From: a virus | Lineage: Duplodnaviria; Caudoviricetes | Strand: one strand, 5' to 3' | Length of the DNA stretch: 40,283 nt | IMG/VR virus record: IMGVR_UViG_3300037313_001084 | Location: 1-40,283 of that record | Shown: piece by piece, positions 31,999 to 40,283 of the stretch | How positions within the stretch are numbered: the first letter of the stretch is position 1 | Layout: each line of letters begins with the position of its first letter | Position numbers and translations under genes: made by a program | Notes under the pieces: model-generated | The model's input: the letters and a program-made list of their open reading frames with translations, nothing else | Told to the model about the DNA's origin: nothing | Database searches by the model: none

Positions 31999-32333
31999 TG
32001 CGGCTTCGGCCCCGCCTGGCAGATGGCTAGATCTTTGTGGCACTTCTCGTTGTCAGCCTTGAGCGAATAGAAGTCCTCATCAAAGAGAGTAATGCATTTG
32101 AGTTTTTTTCCGGCCGGCTGTCCCGGCGCAAGATCTGGATCAGGCTTGCACTCAGAGAGTTTGCGATCAGGCCAACCATCAGATCCAGACTTTCCAAGGA
32201 GTGTCCCCTTATCGTAGCATTCGCCCGGCATCTGCGTGGCATAGTAGCGCCATGGGAAAGACGCGCATCCGGCGAGAACGATGACTAAGGTCACAAGCGA
32301 GCCAACGGCCGCACTCCTCTTATCGAGCTTCAT
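31995..32333 (-). CDS. Lipoprotein, o-spanin-like
   Basis: Lipobox VLAG-C; lysis cluster. Confidence 0.6.
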   Translation of the reverse strand: MKLDKRSAAVGSLVTLVIVLAGCASFPWRYYATQMPGECYDKGTLLGKSGSDGWPDRKLSECKPDPDLAPGQPAGKKLKCITLFDEDFYSLKADNEKCHKDLAICQAGPKPQ

Positions 32334-32515
32334 ACCGGTCGTCCCGTCTCTTCTGCCTTATGGCGGTTTTCCTGCTCTTGCTGATCGATGTCCTGATTCT
32401 TTTCATCGGGGGTCTTTGTGAACTTATAGTCAGTAAATTTTACGAGATAGATGAGCCCCCCAACAATTGTGGCGATACTCCCAATCAGTGCTGCGATTGC
32501 TGAAAAACTCATCAT
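32330..32515 (-). CDS. Single-TM protein, i-spanin-like
   Basis: N-terminal TM followed by a charged tail; precedes the lipoprotein. Confidence 0.5.
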   Translation of the reverse strand: MMSFSAIAALIGSIATIVGGLIYLVKFTDYKFTKTPDEKNQDIDQQEQENRHKAEETGRPV

Positions 32516-32649
32516 TCCTCCTTGGAGTCCGGTTTCTTTTGCAAGAAATGAAGTGGACTTGGAGCAAGTGCGGTGATCAAAAGCATCAAGACTTGCCCCA
32601 AGTTCAACTTATCCAAGACAGCAATCCAAAATTGCTGAGTCGGAGTCAT
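32512..32649 (-). CDS. 45-aa membrane peptide, holin-like (MTPTQQFWIAVLDKLNLGQVLMLLITALAPSP...)
   Basis: Translated by hand; hydrophobic core, charged C-terminus; ATGA-coupled. Confidence 0.5.
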   Translation of the reverse strand: MTPTQQFWIAVLDKLNLGQVLMLLITALAPSPLHFLQKKPDSKEE

Positions 32650-32652
32650 CCA

Positions 32653-32928
32653 TTAGCCCTTAATGGCATGGTAAATCTCGTACTTGCCAAGATCGCAGCC
32701 CTTGATGAAGAGTTCCTTGTCTTCGGCAAGATCGCCCGCAACATGCTGAGCGTCCTGGAGAAGCCCTGGCATCTCCTGAATCAGAGTAGTAACAGCCACA
32801 GGAAGGTCCATTCCGGGCTGAAAGCCATCGGCCAGAGCCTGCTTCATGGCAGCGTACATTTTTCCGACGTGAACCATGACGTTGTATCCAGAATTCTCAA
32901 TTTCTACCTGTTTCATTTCTTTAGGCAT
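32653..32928 (-). CDS. Hypothetical protein in the lysis cluster
   Basis: SD AAGGAGG. Confidence 0.7.
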   Translation of the reverse strand: MPKEMKQVEIENSGYNVMVHVGKMYAAMKQALADGFQPGMDLPVAVTTLIQEMPGLLQDAQHVAGDLAEDKELFIKGCDLGKYEIYHAIKG

Positions 32929-32942
32929 AGCGCCCTCCTTAT

Positions 32943-33173
32943 TTATCTCTCCTCAGCTTCGATTGAGAGCCGTCCCTCAATTTTGGCTAAGCTTTTTTCG
33001 ATCACAGACAGTTTTTCTACGATCTTGTTATCGAGAGCGTCGTGCTTCACTTCGAGCTTCTCAATCGCTCTCTCGTTGTAATTGGTTTTCCCCTCAAGTC
33101 TGATCAGCCAGACGATATGTCCAATGACTAAAGCTCCAAACGTAATCGCATCGCCCAGATGATCCAATGGCAT
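32943..33173 (-). CDS. TM plus coiled-coil protein (holin / XhlA-like)
   Basis: One TM segment then coiled coil ending KIEGRL; first gene after the tail fibre. Confidence 0.55.
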   Translation of the reverse strand: MPLDHLGDAITFGALVIGHIVWLIRLEGKTNYNERAIEKLEVKHDALDNKIVEKLSVIEKSLAKIEGRLSIEAEER

Positions 33174-33186
33174 AACTGCTCCCCTT

Positions 33187-33200
33187 GGGCATCCATGCCC
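33187..33200 (-). promoter_or_regulatory. CsrA/RsmA-type hairpin abutting the lysis-cassette SD
   Basis: GGGC-AUGGAU-GCCC followed directly by AAGGGGAG. Confidence 0.5.
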
Positions 33201-33209
33201 GGTTTGATC

Positions 33210-34892
33210 TCAATTGCTGACCTTCGTGATTATGAAACGCGTCTTATCTCCGCCACCGTTTAGGGCCCCATTTGAATGGTCTCTGATCACATCTCCAGCG
33301 CTAAAAGTATCCGTCCAGGTGACACTTCCATAATTGCCCGCGCCAGGAATATCGACATAGTTGAGCTTTCCTTGCGCAAGCGACATGGACGACAAGTTGG
33401 TAGTGCCCGTGCTTCCTAGCGTCTCATTTTTTGTGAAACCCATGGTTTCTGCGCCTGAAGCGTAAGTGTCAATCCATACAAGGCTATAGACACCATCTTC
33501 ATTGATCCGATAAGATCCGCCGTTTGTCGCCTCGTCGCTGCTTGGGTTGTACGTAATCGCCGTTCCGGTCGTGGTGCAATTTGTGAATCTGCGAATCTTC
33601 GTTGCCGTGGAACCAAATCCATTTCCGGTATCGCATACAACTTTGCTCCTCGGCGCTTGAAGATCAAATGGCCAAAGCGATATCTCGGAGACAGCACTTG
33701 CCCATGTTCCAGCTGTAGCCTGGGTACTCTTCACACGCCCTATTAGGCGAATCGGCACGTTTGATCTTGCCGTGGTGCTATAGAGAACAAGTGCGGAATC
33801 GGCGGCACCAGCACCGCCCTCTGCGGTCGTAGTTACAAGCGACCCCTGGTCGGTAAACTTTTGACCAGAAACCGCAAGCTCAACCGTTCCTGCGTTGTCG
33901 ATCGCATAGACATAAACCCAGTTCGGATTTCCATTCGTAGATCCGAGCGTCGATCCTGATGAAACCGTAATAGACAAAGCGGACGTAACAGATCTTTGTG
34001 TATATGTGCCCGTTGCAGCCGTCGCATTTCTAAATGCGATCTTTACTGTGTCTGAGCCGCTCGGATCCGTGCCCGACTTAGATTTCAGAGCGATTGTTAG
34101 AGCGTTGGAACTAACGGACGCAGATAGACCTAAATTCGTGATCTCAGACGATGAGTCTGTAGCCGATGCGGAGCCAGACGAGATAGCGGTTAATGTAGAT
34201 CCATCATCATAGTACGGCTTTGCTTGGTCTGTCGCGTAAACAACAGTTCCTGCTTTGCGCGTAAGCGAATTGAGATTCGTCAGCGTATCTTTTGGAAGGG
34301 TAATGCGGCTGGTGTTCGATGCCGTTCCACCGTCGATATCCTTGTTGGTGAGGACTTGAGATGAGTTTGTCCCGACAAGCGTCGTTGACGCGTCGGGAAG
34401 GGCCAGAACCCGGTCCGCCGTAAGACCCGAGAGATCCCAGTTGAGCAATCGCCCGGTCGAAAGTTTCCACGACGGCCTTGTGCTAGAATCAGAAAAGATC
34501 TCATAACCAGAGGCTGGCGTCGAAGGCGTCGCACTTTGATTAATGAGATTGAGAAACCCAGAGCCCCCCGTTCCCGATGCTGTAAGACTCGTTCCTTTAA
34601 CCGTGCTAGCCGTAGTCGATCCAATCGGTGCGTTATCGATGGACCCACCGCTGATGGCCGCTCCAGAAACGGTACCATTGTTAATGGTTGGGCTCGTGAG
34701 CGTCTTGTTGGTGAGCGTGTCTGTGCTTGCCCTTCCAACCAGGGTATCAGTCGCCGTGGGAAGCGAATACGCCTTGGTTCGATCCGTTGAAATCAGCGAA
34801 TCGGCCTGAACAGCTCTTGAGCTTGCCGCAAAAACAGAGGGCGAAAATACGTGAGAAAGAATAAGCGCAATCGCTAATGCTTTAGATTTCAT
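33210..34892 (-). CDS. Tail fibre / receptor-binding protein (560 aa)
   Basis: Ser/Thr-rich; repeated TLVG....TLTNK shaft motifs; last tail gene. Confidence 0.7.
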   Translation of the reverse strand: MKSKALAIALILSHVFSPSVFAASSRAVQADSLISTDRTKAYSLPTATDTLVGRASTDTLTNKTLTSPTINNGTVSGAAISGGSIDNAPIGSTTASTVKGTSLTASGTGGSGFLNLINQSATPSTPASGYEIFSDSSTRPSWKLSTGRLLNWDLSGLTADRVLALPDASTTLVGTNSSQVLTNKDIDGGTASNTSRITLPKDTLTNLNSLTRKAGTVVYATDQAKPYYDDGSTLTAISSGSASATDSSSEITNLGLSASVSSNALTIALKSKSGTDPSGSDTVKIAFRNATAATGTYTQRSVTSALSITVSSGSTLGSTNGNPNWVYVYAIDNAGTVELAVSGQKFTDQGSLVTTTAEGGAGAADSALVLYSTTARSNVPIRLIGRVKSTQATAGTWASAVSEISLWPFDLQAPRSKVVCDTGNGFGSTATKIRRFTNCTTTGTAITYNPSSDEATNGGSYRINEDGVYSLVWIDTYASGAETMGFTKNETLGSTGTTNLSSMSLAQGKLNYVDIPGAGNYGSVTWTDTFSAGDVIRDHSNGALNGGGDKTRFIITKVSN

Positions 34893-35358
34893 TTCTGAAC
34901 CTCTCTCTCCAAAGTGAATTGACCGAATCCCAGATGAGTCCGATCACTGAACCTTTTTTCATGATGAATGGGCCTGACAGGGCCAGTCCGGTCCCATCAT
35001 CAAGCTTCAAAGTGTTGGTGTCCGATGCGCCGATGAGCTCTAATTTTTGCCAAGCTATAGTCCCGGCTACAATTTGGGGATTTGCTGTGATGTCTACAGC
35101 TCCACCGGAGCCCTGAACACACATGATCTGGTCATAGACGCTCGCAGTCGGAGTAATCCCCCCCGCCGCTGTGATGGAGATGGGCGCGCTCATAGTGCCT
35201 TGCGAGTTGACTCCCGATCCGCCGTAGTGTGCGTCTGCGTATCCTTTGTTTACGTAATCTGATGATCCAGTAGGTGTCGATGCGCTTGGAAGCGTCGGGG
35301 TTTCTGGACCTGTTATAATTAGGTAATCTCTTACGCCCATGGTTTCCCCCGTCACCAA
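34882..35358 (-). CDS. Minor tail protein (start probably 35340)
   Basis: DYVNKGYAD fibre motif; tail cluster. Confidence 0.6.
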   Translation of the reverse strand: MVTGETMGVRDYLIITGPETPTLPSASTPTGSSDYVNKGYADAHYGGSGVNSQGTMSAPISITAAGGITPTASVYDQIMCVQGSGGAVDITANPQIVAGTIAWQKLELIGASDTNTLKLDDGTGLALSGPFIMKKGSVIGLIWDSVNSLWRERFRNEI

Positions 35359-37430
35359 CTCCCAGAGTTGTCTTCAATTCCCTTTTGATCATCCATGACG
35401 AGCGTAACAACGTCGCTTGAACGATCGTTCTCAATCACTACAAACTTACGTGTGAGCTCGGTTTCGCCATCATATGTAAGTCCAGGCATCTTGGTTCTTG
35501 TGACCGAGCTGCAGTCACCGATCAGACTGGTGATAAATTCACGCGCTACATTAATTTTGACCGTTCCTCGACGATCACCAAAAATGAGCGCAAGCCGATT
35601 TGCGTATGTCTGTGCCTCGCTTTCAACGATATGAAGTGATTCGAATGATTTCTGTGCAGTGATTCCGTGAAGATATTTTGCCGTATCCGACGACGCCTTG
35701 ACTGTCTTAAAACCCTTTTCGATTTGACCAGGATTTGGCATTTCTCCATTCGCATAATTCACGATGACGTCCGAAAGGACATCGTCATAGCTGAATTCAA
35801 ACTCGGGCGCTCCCCCTACGATGTCGTCATCAATAAATGCGGTAGTCGCATCCGTTGGCATTGGCGCAATGACTGAAAGCGTCCACTTTGCGTCCGCATC
35901 GAGACAAAGTCTAAGCATTGCGCTAGCGCAAATGCGCGTAATCATGTCCGAGTAGGTCTCGAAATCCGCACCGCCCTCAGTCGGTGTTACTATCCCAAAA
36001 GTATCTGGCACAGCATTAGCCGCAGACGTAAAGCTCGCGGTGTTGATATCCGACTCTGGGATTAAAAGCTTGGTCCTAAGCAGGTCATATATAATTCCAG
36101 CGGCAGTCGAATTGACTCCGGACTGTGTTCCGTTTGCAAAGGCAACCCCTGACACTGTCGCAACCGATGGATCGCCGACAATTCTGCAATAGACTTCCGC
36201 CGATGTTGAAATAACAAATGGCGGCTGAATCGCGAGATCATAAGCCGAAAATATGTCGCCCGCACGATTTTTTCTAACCGTCACGTCTGCTCCCACGACA
36301 TAGTCCCTAACCGGATAAAGCTCTGTTCTAACTCCTTGATCGATCAGAGCCGCCTTACGAATACAGTAAGTTAGGATTGTATCGGCAGCGACCATTGCGC
36401 CGCCTATTGCGTCGTGATCAATATAGGTCGCGGTAACGCCTTTGACTTCCGTATAGTATTTGGTTCCACCTCGGTTAAACTGAAAGCGATCGCCAATGTA
36501 GATTCCGGTCGTGCTGGTGAGATACGTTCGCGAGGTGGAATTGGCTCCGCTTGCCACTGTAAATGTGTACTGAGTTTTTAGCTGGCTATTTAGCCCCGCA
36601 TGGGAAACAAATCCGCTCGTTGTATTTGTATCGACGTCAGTACTGTTAAATCTTGCCGCCGCCCTCACTCCCTCAACAATCCCGTAGATGTGATTATATG
36701 GCTTATACGCACGACCGGACTCAATGACGTCGGTTCCGTTAAAGGTTGTTCCGAAATTGATTCCATCAAAAGTTTGAGTCAAAAAGCTGATTGAATCAAT
36801 CAAAGAGAACTCAACTCTTGAATCCATGAGCCTAATTTCAGAGACCGCGCCGCGGAATACCCTCTTGATATTCTCAGTCCTAAGTGGCCATCCCAAATAA
36901 TGGTAAAGCGAAATGTCAGCGCCCTTAAAGCTAGACTCATGGAGATGCGGATCAAACGAATGATCGTTATTGGTAAAGGTAACGTTCACCGTCTGAGCTG
37001 GCATGTGCCCAAATAGAACCTGAGACATCGAGGCTGGAAGCACCGGCTTTGATTGCAGGCTTGATTCGAAATAGGCTGAGGCACTTGAGCTGTCGAGTGG
37101 ATCTCGGTACCAATTCATTGCACGATATGAAGAATAGATCTCGTACTTTGCCACCATGAATGTGGTCGTTGGATCGGTACCGCCTAAGTTCACGAAGATC
37201 TGCTGAGCGGATTGATCGTAATAAAATTGATTTGATGAAGGCGACGTCGACGATCCTGCAGTAAGTGCTGTCGCCTGTTTATAAACCCCGCTCACATAGC
37301 CCAATGTAAATGGGGCACTGTAGACATTGCCAGAGACATGAGTCCACGCTGTGACCTTGCGCTTTGGGCTCATAACTACCATGAACCCGCTCTCTTGGTT
37401 AAGCATTGGGAGAAGCGTTGAGTAGGTCAT
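35352..37430 (-). CDS. Tail tip / baseplate hub-like protein (692 aa)
   Basis: Size, position and hub-like C-terminal part. Confidence 0.6.
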   Translation of the reverse strand: MTYSTLLPMLNQESGFMVVMSPKRKVTAWTHVSGNVYSAPFTLGYVSGVYKQATALTAGSSTSPSSNQFYYDQSAQQIFVNLGGTDPTTTFMVAKYEIYSSYRAMNWYRDPLDSSSASAYFESSLQSKPVLPASMSQVLFGHMPAQTVNVTFTNNDHSFDPHLHESSFKGADISLYHYLGWPLRTENIKRVFRGAVSEIRLMDSRVEFSLIDSISFLTQTFDGINFGTTFNGTDVIESGRAYKPYNHIYGIVEGVRAAARFNSTDVDTNTTSGFVSHAGLNSQLKTQYTFTVASGANSTSRTYLTSTTGIYIGDRFQFNRGGTKYYTEVKGVTATYIDHDAIGGAMVAADTILTYCIRKAALIDQGVRTELYPVRDYVVGADVTVRKNRAGDIFSAYDLAIQPPFVISTSAEVYCRIVGDPSVATVSGVAFANGTQSGVNSTAAGIIYDLLRTKLLIPESDINTASFTSAANAVPDTFGIVTPTEGGADFETYSDMITRICASAMLRLCLDADAKWTLSVIAPMPTDATTAFIDDDIVGGAPEFEFSYDDVLSDVIVNYANGEMPNPGQIEKGFKTVKASSDTAKYLHGITAQKSFESLHIVESEAQTYANRLALIFGDRRGTVKINVAREFITSLIGDCSSVTRTKMPGLTYDGETELTRKFVVIENDRSSDVVTLVMDDQKGIEDNSGSW

Positions 37431-37906
37431 CTAATCTTACTCCCAACGAAAACCATACGGTAAGGCGCAACGCTCAGATTCTCAAAAGTGGCTTGGTAGG
37501 TCGGATAGAATGCCTCTTCTGGAAATGCTTTCATCCAGCCGATATGCGATGACTCGATTCCGGTGTATCCCGATGCCGAAAGCACCAAGTGATACCAATC
37601 TCCGCCACGAAGCGGGACGCCTTCAGATAGAAACGTGAAAGGAACCTCTTTCGCGCCATTTTGATCCTGAATGATTGCGCTTTTTAAGACCGGATCGGAG
37701 CTTGCGATCAAAACGCCAGGACTCCCGCTTCGGTCAGACCAAAGCTCAAGACTCACCGACGTAAATGCAGGATCGTTATAAATTACAAGCCATGAGCGCA
37801 CGACATATAAGAGGTAATTTCTAGAAAGCTTAAACCGCTGCGTAAGCCTTTGACTGCTCACATCTGCGGTTTCCAATCTTTCTGCGAATACCCTCCATCC
37901 GCTCAC
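37427..37906 (-). CDS. Minor tail protein
   Basis: Beta-rich; GSPGVLIASS motif; tail cluster. Confidence 0.55.
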   Translation of the reverse strand: MSGWRVFAERLETADVSSQRLTQRFKLSRNYLLYVVRSWLVIYNDPAFTSVSLELWSDRSGSPGVLIASSDPVLKSAIIQDQNGAKEVPFTFLSEGVPLRGGDWYHLVLSASGYTGIESSHIGWMKAFPEEAFYPTYQATFENLSVAPYRMVFVGSKIR

Positions 37907-37910
37907 AGTT

Positions 37911-39050
37911 TTAAAGCTCCTCTCTCACATTGAAATTGCATGACCAGACGCCAGGCGACGGCAACTCGAACTGCGGCATCTGAGAGCATTTCACGTATTT
38001 GAAATAATAGTTTGCCGAGGAGCCAATAGCGCTATTTGGATCAATTGAAAGATAGAATGGAGTGGACGCGCCAACCGCGCGGGTTATGGTTTCAAGATCC
38101 TCTTTTTCGGCAATTGTCAGACCGAAAATATTGAGTGACATGGTGTCGGTCTGCTCTCTTTGGTCCGTAAAAGAGTACCCTCCTTCGGAATAGACCGTAG
38201 TCGATGCATCAACTGGATTGACCTGCAAAGGAAACTGCGCGCGCCCACGATCAGGTGAATAGATATCGCCAAGATAAATGCAGCCTATTTCAACGTAGCC
38301 AGCAGGATTGTCATAGTCGACAATTTTCAGTCGCCAATATCTAAGCCCACTCGTGTGAAGACCATTCGTATCGGTGAGCGCGAGAATCGAATCGTTGTAT
38401 GGAACCGATGCGCTATAGGATGGCGAAGTCCAGACGTCGGTGTCATTGCCCTGAAGCGTGATCGTAGCTGTCGGAGAAATCTGAATTGCCTGGTTTCTCG
38501 GCCCAATGGCAATGAATGCCTTAGGGCTAAGACTTGTGCCAAGATCTAGCTTCACCCACTCTTCGGTGTGAATTCTGAGAAGATCCGCTGTGTATGTAAG
38601 CGCACCTGTTAGGTCGGTCCCGGTCGCAAACCCCAGAATGCTTGCGGCTGTGAAGCCAGCATTTGAGAGCTTAAGCGTAAAGATGCCGCCACCGCCGGTC
38701 CCGCTTGATGTGATCTTGATTTTACCGGTCGTTGCATCAGTCGTGCAGGTGTATGTCGAACTGCCTGCGGAATTCATAGCCGTGACGATTGCCGCCAAAA
38801 ATGCTGATGTTGAGCTATAGGCGATCGGGCTTATCGTCGCGGTCTTATTAACGCCAACGGTTTCTTGGAAAATGATGACGTTATTGCTCGAGTCAATATT
38901 CCAGTATCCCGCCGATCTCCAAACCTTGCTCCTGCGCTTTGGATTCAGCAGGTTTTGAATCGGATAGCCCGCAGTGAAGCTTGACACGTTATAGGTGTTC
39001 AGCTGATCGATCGAGAGCATATTATCGGCCATGATTTGAAAATTGCTCAT
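37911..39050 (-). CDS. Distal tail protein-like, with discoidin-like and inserted domains
   Basis: Directly after tape measure; RYWRLKI.D..NP.GYVEIG motif. Confidence 0.65.
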   Translation of the reverse strand: MSNFQIMADNMLSIDQLNTYNVSSFTAGYPIQNLLNPKRRSKVWRSAGYWNIDSSNNVIIFQETVGVNKTATISPIAYSSTSAFLAAIVTAMNSAGSSTYTCTTDATTGKIKITSSGTGGGGIFTLKLSNAGFTAASILGFATGTDLTGALTYTADLLRIHTEEWVKLDLGTSLSPKAFIAIGPRNQAIQISPTATITLQGNDTDVWTSPSYSASVPYNDSILALTDTNGLHTSGLRYWRLKIVDYDNPAGYVEIGCIYLGDIYSPDRGRAQFPLQVNPVDASTTVYSEGGYSFTDQREQTDTMSLNIFGLTIAEKEDLETITRAVGASTPFYLSIDPNSAIGSSANYYFKYVKCSQMPQFELPSPGVWSCNFNVREEL

Positions 39051-40283
39051 GTCGCCAACCTGAACCCGTTTCTATTGAGTCTGAGAACCTGGGAGGCCAG
39101 AACCTTTTCGTTCATGACAAGGTTTGCCTTAACGACAATATCCCCTCCCTGCTGCGTCTGAGTTGCGACGCCACTGCCGGAGCTTGCGCTCCTTCCTGCC
39201 GACGACGCAATCGCCGTGAGCGCCTGAGTATGTGGCGAGCGAATGGACGCGGTAGGTGCGCCAACTCTAAATCCAAAAAAGTCTCCAATTGAACCGCCGA
39301 CGTCACCAACAAAATTCTCTACTCCTCCAATGGCGTCACCAATAAAACCAAGTGCGCCTCCCCCCGCCTTTCCGATGCCCGGTATGATCTTTCCGAGCGC
39401 ATCGATCATCGCATTAACGAATTGCTCAGGAAGCGCGAGAAATGCTTTTGAAAATTCGCTCATAAAGCTTGGGATATTTCTCACCATCTCCGAGACTACT
39501 CGGGGAGCGTCCTGAACCATGCGGGTAATGACATGAGGAACAGACGAGACCATGGCCTCAATGACCTTAGGTGCTGACTCAATCTGCGCCTCTGTAATGT
39601 CTGGAATCCCAAGTATCAGGGCTTCAATAACTTCGGGCATCGCATCGGAAAGCGCATTAATCAGATCGGGAATCTTTTTAATGAACTCAGTAATCAGTGC
39701 AGGAATAGCCTGAGCAACATTCTTGATGATGACTGGGATTGCATCTATAAACTGATCAACGAATTCTCGGACCTTGTCAGGACCTTGCGCGAAGATCTCA
39801 AAAATTTGACCGACGATACCACCGATGCCTGGGATAATCGTATTTGCAAAAGCGCCCACAAGCCCGCTCATGGCTTTAACAGCGCCCTCTGCACCCTTGC
39901 TGATCAAAGTGAGAGAACCTGCAATCACTCCTAAAGATCTTTCTAGACTCGTATTGGCTTTGATATTCGGTGAAGCTACCTGCTGATCGCCATTTGCATC
40001 TTTGAAAAGGGCGCCGAACGGATTCTGAGACACCGCGCTTAGGAACTGTTCTCGTTGCGCAGCCGAGAGCCGTTCGATTGCTTTGATTTGATTCTGAATT
40101 GCGTCTGATGCCTTTTTAGATGCTAAGACTTGCTTGTCCGCGCTCTTCTCGATTTCTATCGAGTAATTTGCAATCGCCGCTGTGAGAGAATCATTGATTT
40201 GGATCCTTGACTCAAGCGGCTTATTTTGAGCTTCAGTGTCCTTGTTGAACTTCTCTTCAAGGTTAAAGAGACTGTCGAAGTCC
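39047..40283 (-). CDS. Tail tape measure protein, 3' part (unique portion 39047-40031)
   Basis: 11-residue Pro-punctuated amphipathic repeats; in frame with 1-1211. Confidence 0.9.
   Translation of the reverse strand, partial: DFDSLFNLEEKFNKDTEAQNKPLESRIQINDSLTAAIANYSIEIEKSADKQVLASKKASDAIQNQIKAIERLSAAQREQFLSAVSQNPFGALFKDANGDQQVASPNIKANTSLERSLGVIAGSLTLISKGAEGAVKAMSGLVGAFANTIIPGIGGIVGQIFEIFAQGPDKVREFVDQFIDAIPVIIKNVAQAIPALITEFIKKIPDLINALSDAMPEVIEALILGIPDITEAQIESAPKVIEAMVSSVPHVITRMVQDAPRVVSEMVRNIPSFMSEFSKAFLALPEQFVNAMIDALGKIIPGIGKAGGGALGFIGDAIGGVENFVGDVGGSIGDFFGFRVGAPTASIRSPHTQALTAIASSAGRSASSGSGVATQTQQGGDIVVKANLVMNEKVLASQVLRLNRNGFRLAT
40032..40283. repeat. Terminal direct repeat, copy 2
   Basis: 250 of 252 bases identical to 1-252. 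Confidence 0.97.

Overview
The window is an apparently complete, circularly permuted temperate tailed phage genome of 40,031 bp. Bases 1-252 are repeated at 40032-40283 with 2 mismatches, and the tape-measure gene reads through the join. It looks like a siphovirus (tail tube and G/GT chaperones, no sheath) of a Gram-negative host (spanin-like pair, beta-barrel moron). Almost all genes are on the minus strand. Order: cI/cro switch (~29.4-30.2 kb), recombination genes, small accessory genes, a ~400-nt structured non-coding tract, GIY-YIG nuclease, large serine integrase with a tRNA-3'-end-like attP in its own 3' end, replication initiator with iterons, a nin-like region (ECF sigma, DUF4160/BrnA pair), then TerS, a split TerL, portal, scaffold, capsid, tail and lysis genes. 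The most unusual signals are at the RNA level. (1) An 84-nt tRNA-shaped element with a 15-nt anticodon loop contains the last four codons and the stop codon of the putative endolysin. (2) A long structured ncRNA candidate ends in an intrinsic terminator. (3) Leader structures can sequester the translation starts of the capsid and head-tail adaptor genes, and a CsrA-type hairpin precedes the lysis cassette. (4) There are sigma54- and sigma28-like promoters. All family assignments come from motif recognition by eye; no database search was run.
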